64,000 nt of DNA from Haplodiscus bocki (lineage: Eukaryota), in contig OZ296653.1 of NCBI GenBank assembly GCA_965655095.1, positions 25,358,001 through 25,422,000 of the forward strand, in the 5' to 3' direction. Made by a program: the position numbers and the translations under genes. Every line of letters begins with the position of its first letter. Position 1 is the stretch's first letter. This document shows, in pieces, positions 62,901 to 64,000 of the stretch. Under the pieces are notes generated by a model that searched no databases, was not told where the DNA came from, and worked only from the letters and a program-made list of their open reading frames with translations.

Positions 62901-64000
62901 TACCGGAAAGTTTTGAATGAAAAAGACAATTTTACAATAAAATCGTAGTATAACGTCAGCTTACAACGGTGCCGGAAAGTGACGTTGTTTCCGAATGATG
63001 CTCCACACGCAAGTACTACTACTACCTTGACAAGATGACGTCAAGCGAAACTTAATTTAGGCCGTTTTACTTGTGGTGACATCATAAGCGCTGAGATTAT
63101 ATCCCAAACTCACCATTATACATTTAGTGCACTACGCAATTATTGCAAATTAATCATTTCATAGTTTTGTCACCACATTTAACGATTCAATTCAACCAAA
63201 ATCGACACAGGGACACGGAGGAGTGTGTTAGGCAGACAAGGCAATCAGAAGACAGGTCAAAAAGCAGAATAAACTATGCGAGTATACAGTATTGTTTCAA
63301 AAGATTGGAGCTGCCATGTATAACAACAGCTAGGCCGTACAAACCGAATTAAACTCCAGTCCATTTATTTTCAGTTCCCTTATTTCCAAAAACTTGTGAC
63401 TCAAGTACCATCGAACTCTAAACACCAAAAATTGCTTTTCGTAACAAAAATCAATAAACGTAAATACACCTTCGTTTCAGTTCGACAACACTAATATTTC
63501 CTATCGCTGCATTGTTAGAAGACATACATTATTTTCTATGCCCTTCTTTCAACAAAACTCTGTGTCCAATTCACAACTATACTCAACAATTAACCTTCCA
63601 GGTGAGACTTCTGAAAACAATAAAAAAGAACTACTTCCCCCCTTTTTACCTGTGGCCCAAGACTCTCGCACAATGTTTTTACCGTCACTGAATTTCAGTG
63701 ACCACAAGTTAAGATCTACTTCACCAGACTACGTCCAAACCTAATTTCCACAGCTTTCTCCTGTTTCTGAGGCTTTATGCTAGTCCTGGCACGGCCCAGT
63801 AAGATGGCGCTTAAGTTTCGAAGATTTCACGTGAATACTAACTTAAACCTCGAAATTGAAATTTTTGTACACTTTTGCTTTTATAGCCAACTTTTCTTAT
63901 AATATCTGCTCAGTTATCAGCTCATACTTCACCCCATGCCCGAGTTCTTTCTGTCAGTCCTCTCTCACCTGGGTACTGAACCGTGCGAAATCGTGTCCCT

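Noticed and set aside
60000-64000. Decayed transposase, LTR or promoter (TGACGTCA at 63036)
   Set aside because: No recognisable protein motif, LTR pair or TIR; a single CRE-like octamer is expected by chance in 64 kb.

Overview
Eukaryotic (metazoan, probably invertebrate), repeat-rich genomic DNA. The backbone is the 5' two-thirds of a divergent HERC2 E3-ligase gene on the minus strand, with exons from about 57.4 kb down to 5480. It encodes the N-terminal helical region, degenerate RLD1 and cytochrome-b5 regions, MIB/HERC2, UBA-like, CPH, degenerate ZZ, DOC and RLD2 domains; the remainder lies beyond the left edge. One ~29-kb intron (19166-48370) holds a full-length, decayed Maverick/Polinton of 24,058 bp (23396-47453) with 212-bp TIRs and a perfect 6-bp TSD (TATGTG). 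The element carries pPolB, integrase, packaging ATPase, adenain-like protease, major and minor capsid, core-protein-like and conserved ORFs. Its accessory cargo includes an EGFR-ligand-type EGF protein next to the right TIR, a DEDD exonuclease, a PC4-like ORF and a possible Pol III RNA. A ~4.18-kb pPolB-containing segment is tandemly triplicated, and there is a second internal terminus. Other introns contain an intronless multi-TM ORF, a PPPDE-protease/Gly-rich fusion pseudogene, a Penelope GIY-YIG remnant, DINE/HINE-like Helentron derivatives, MITEs and microsatellites. All assignments come from manual motif reading; no searches were run.
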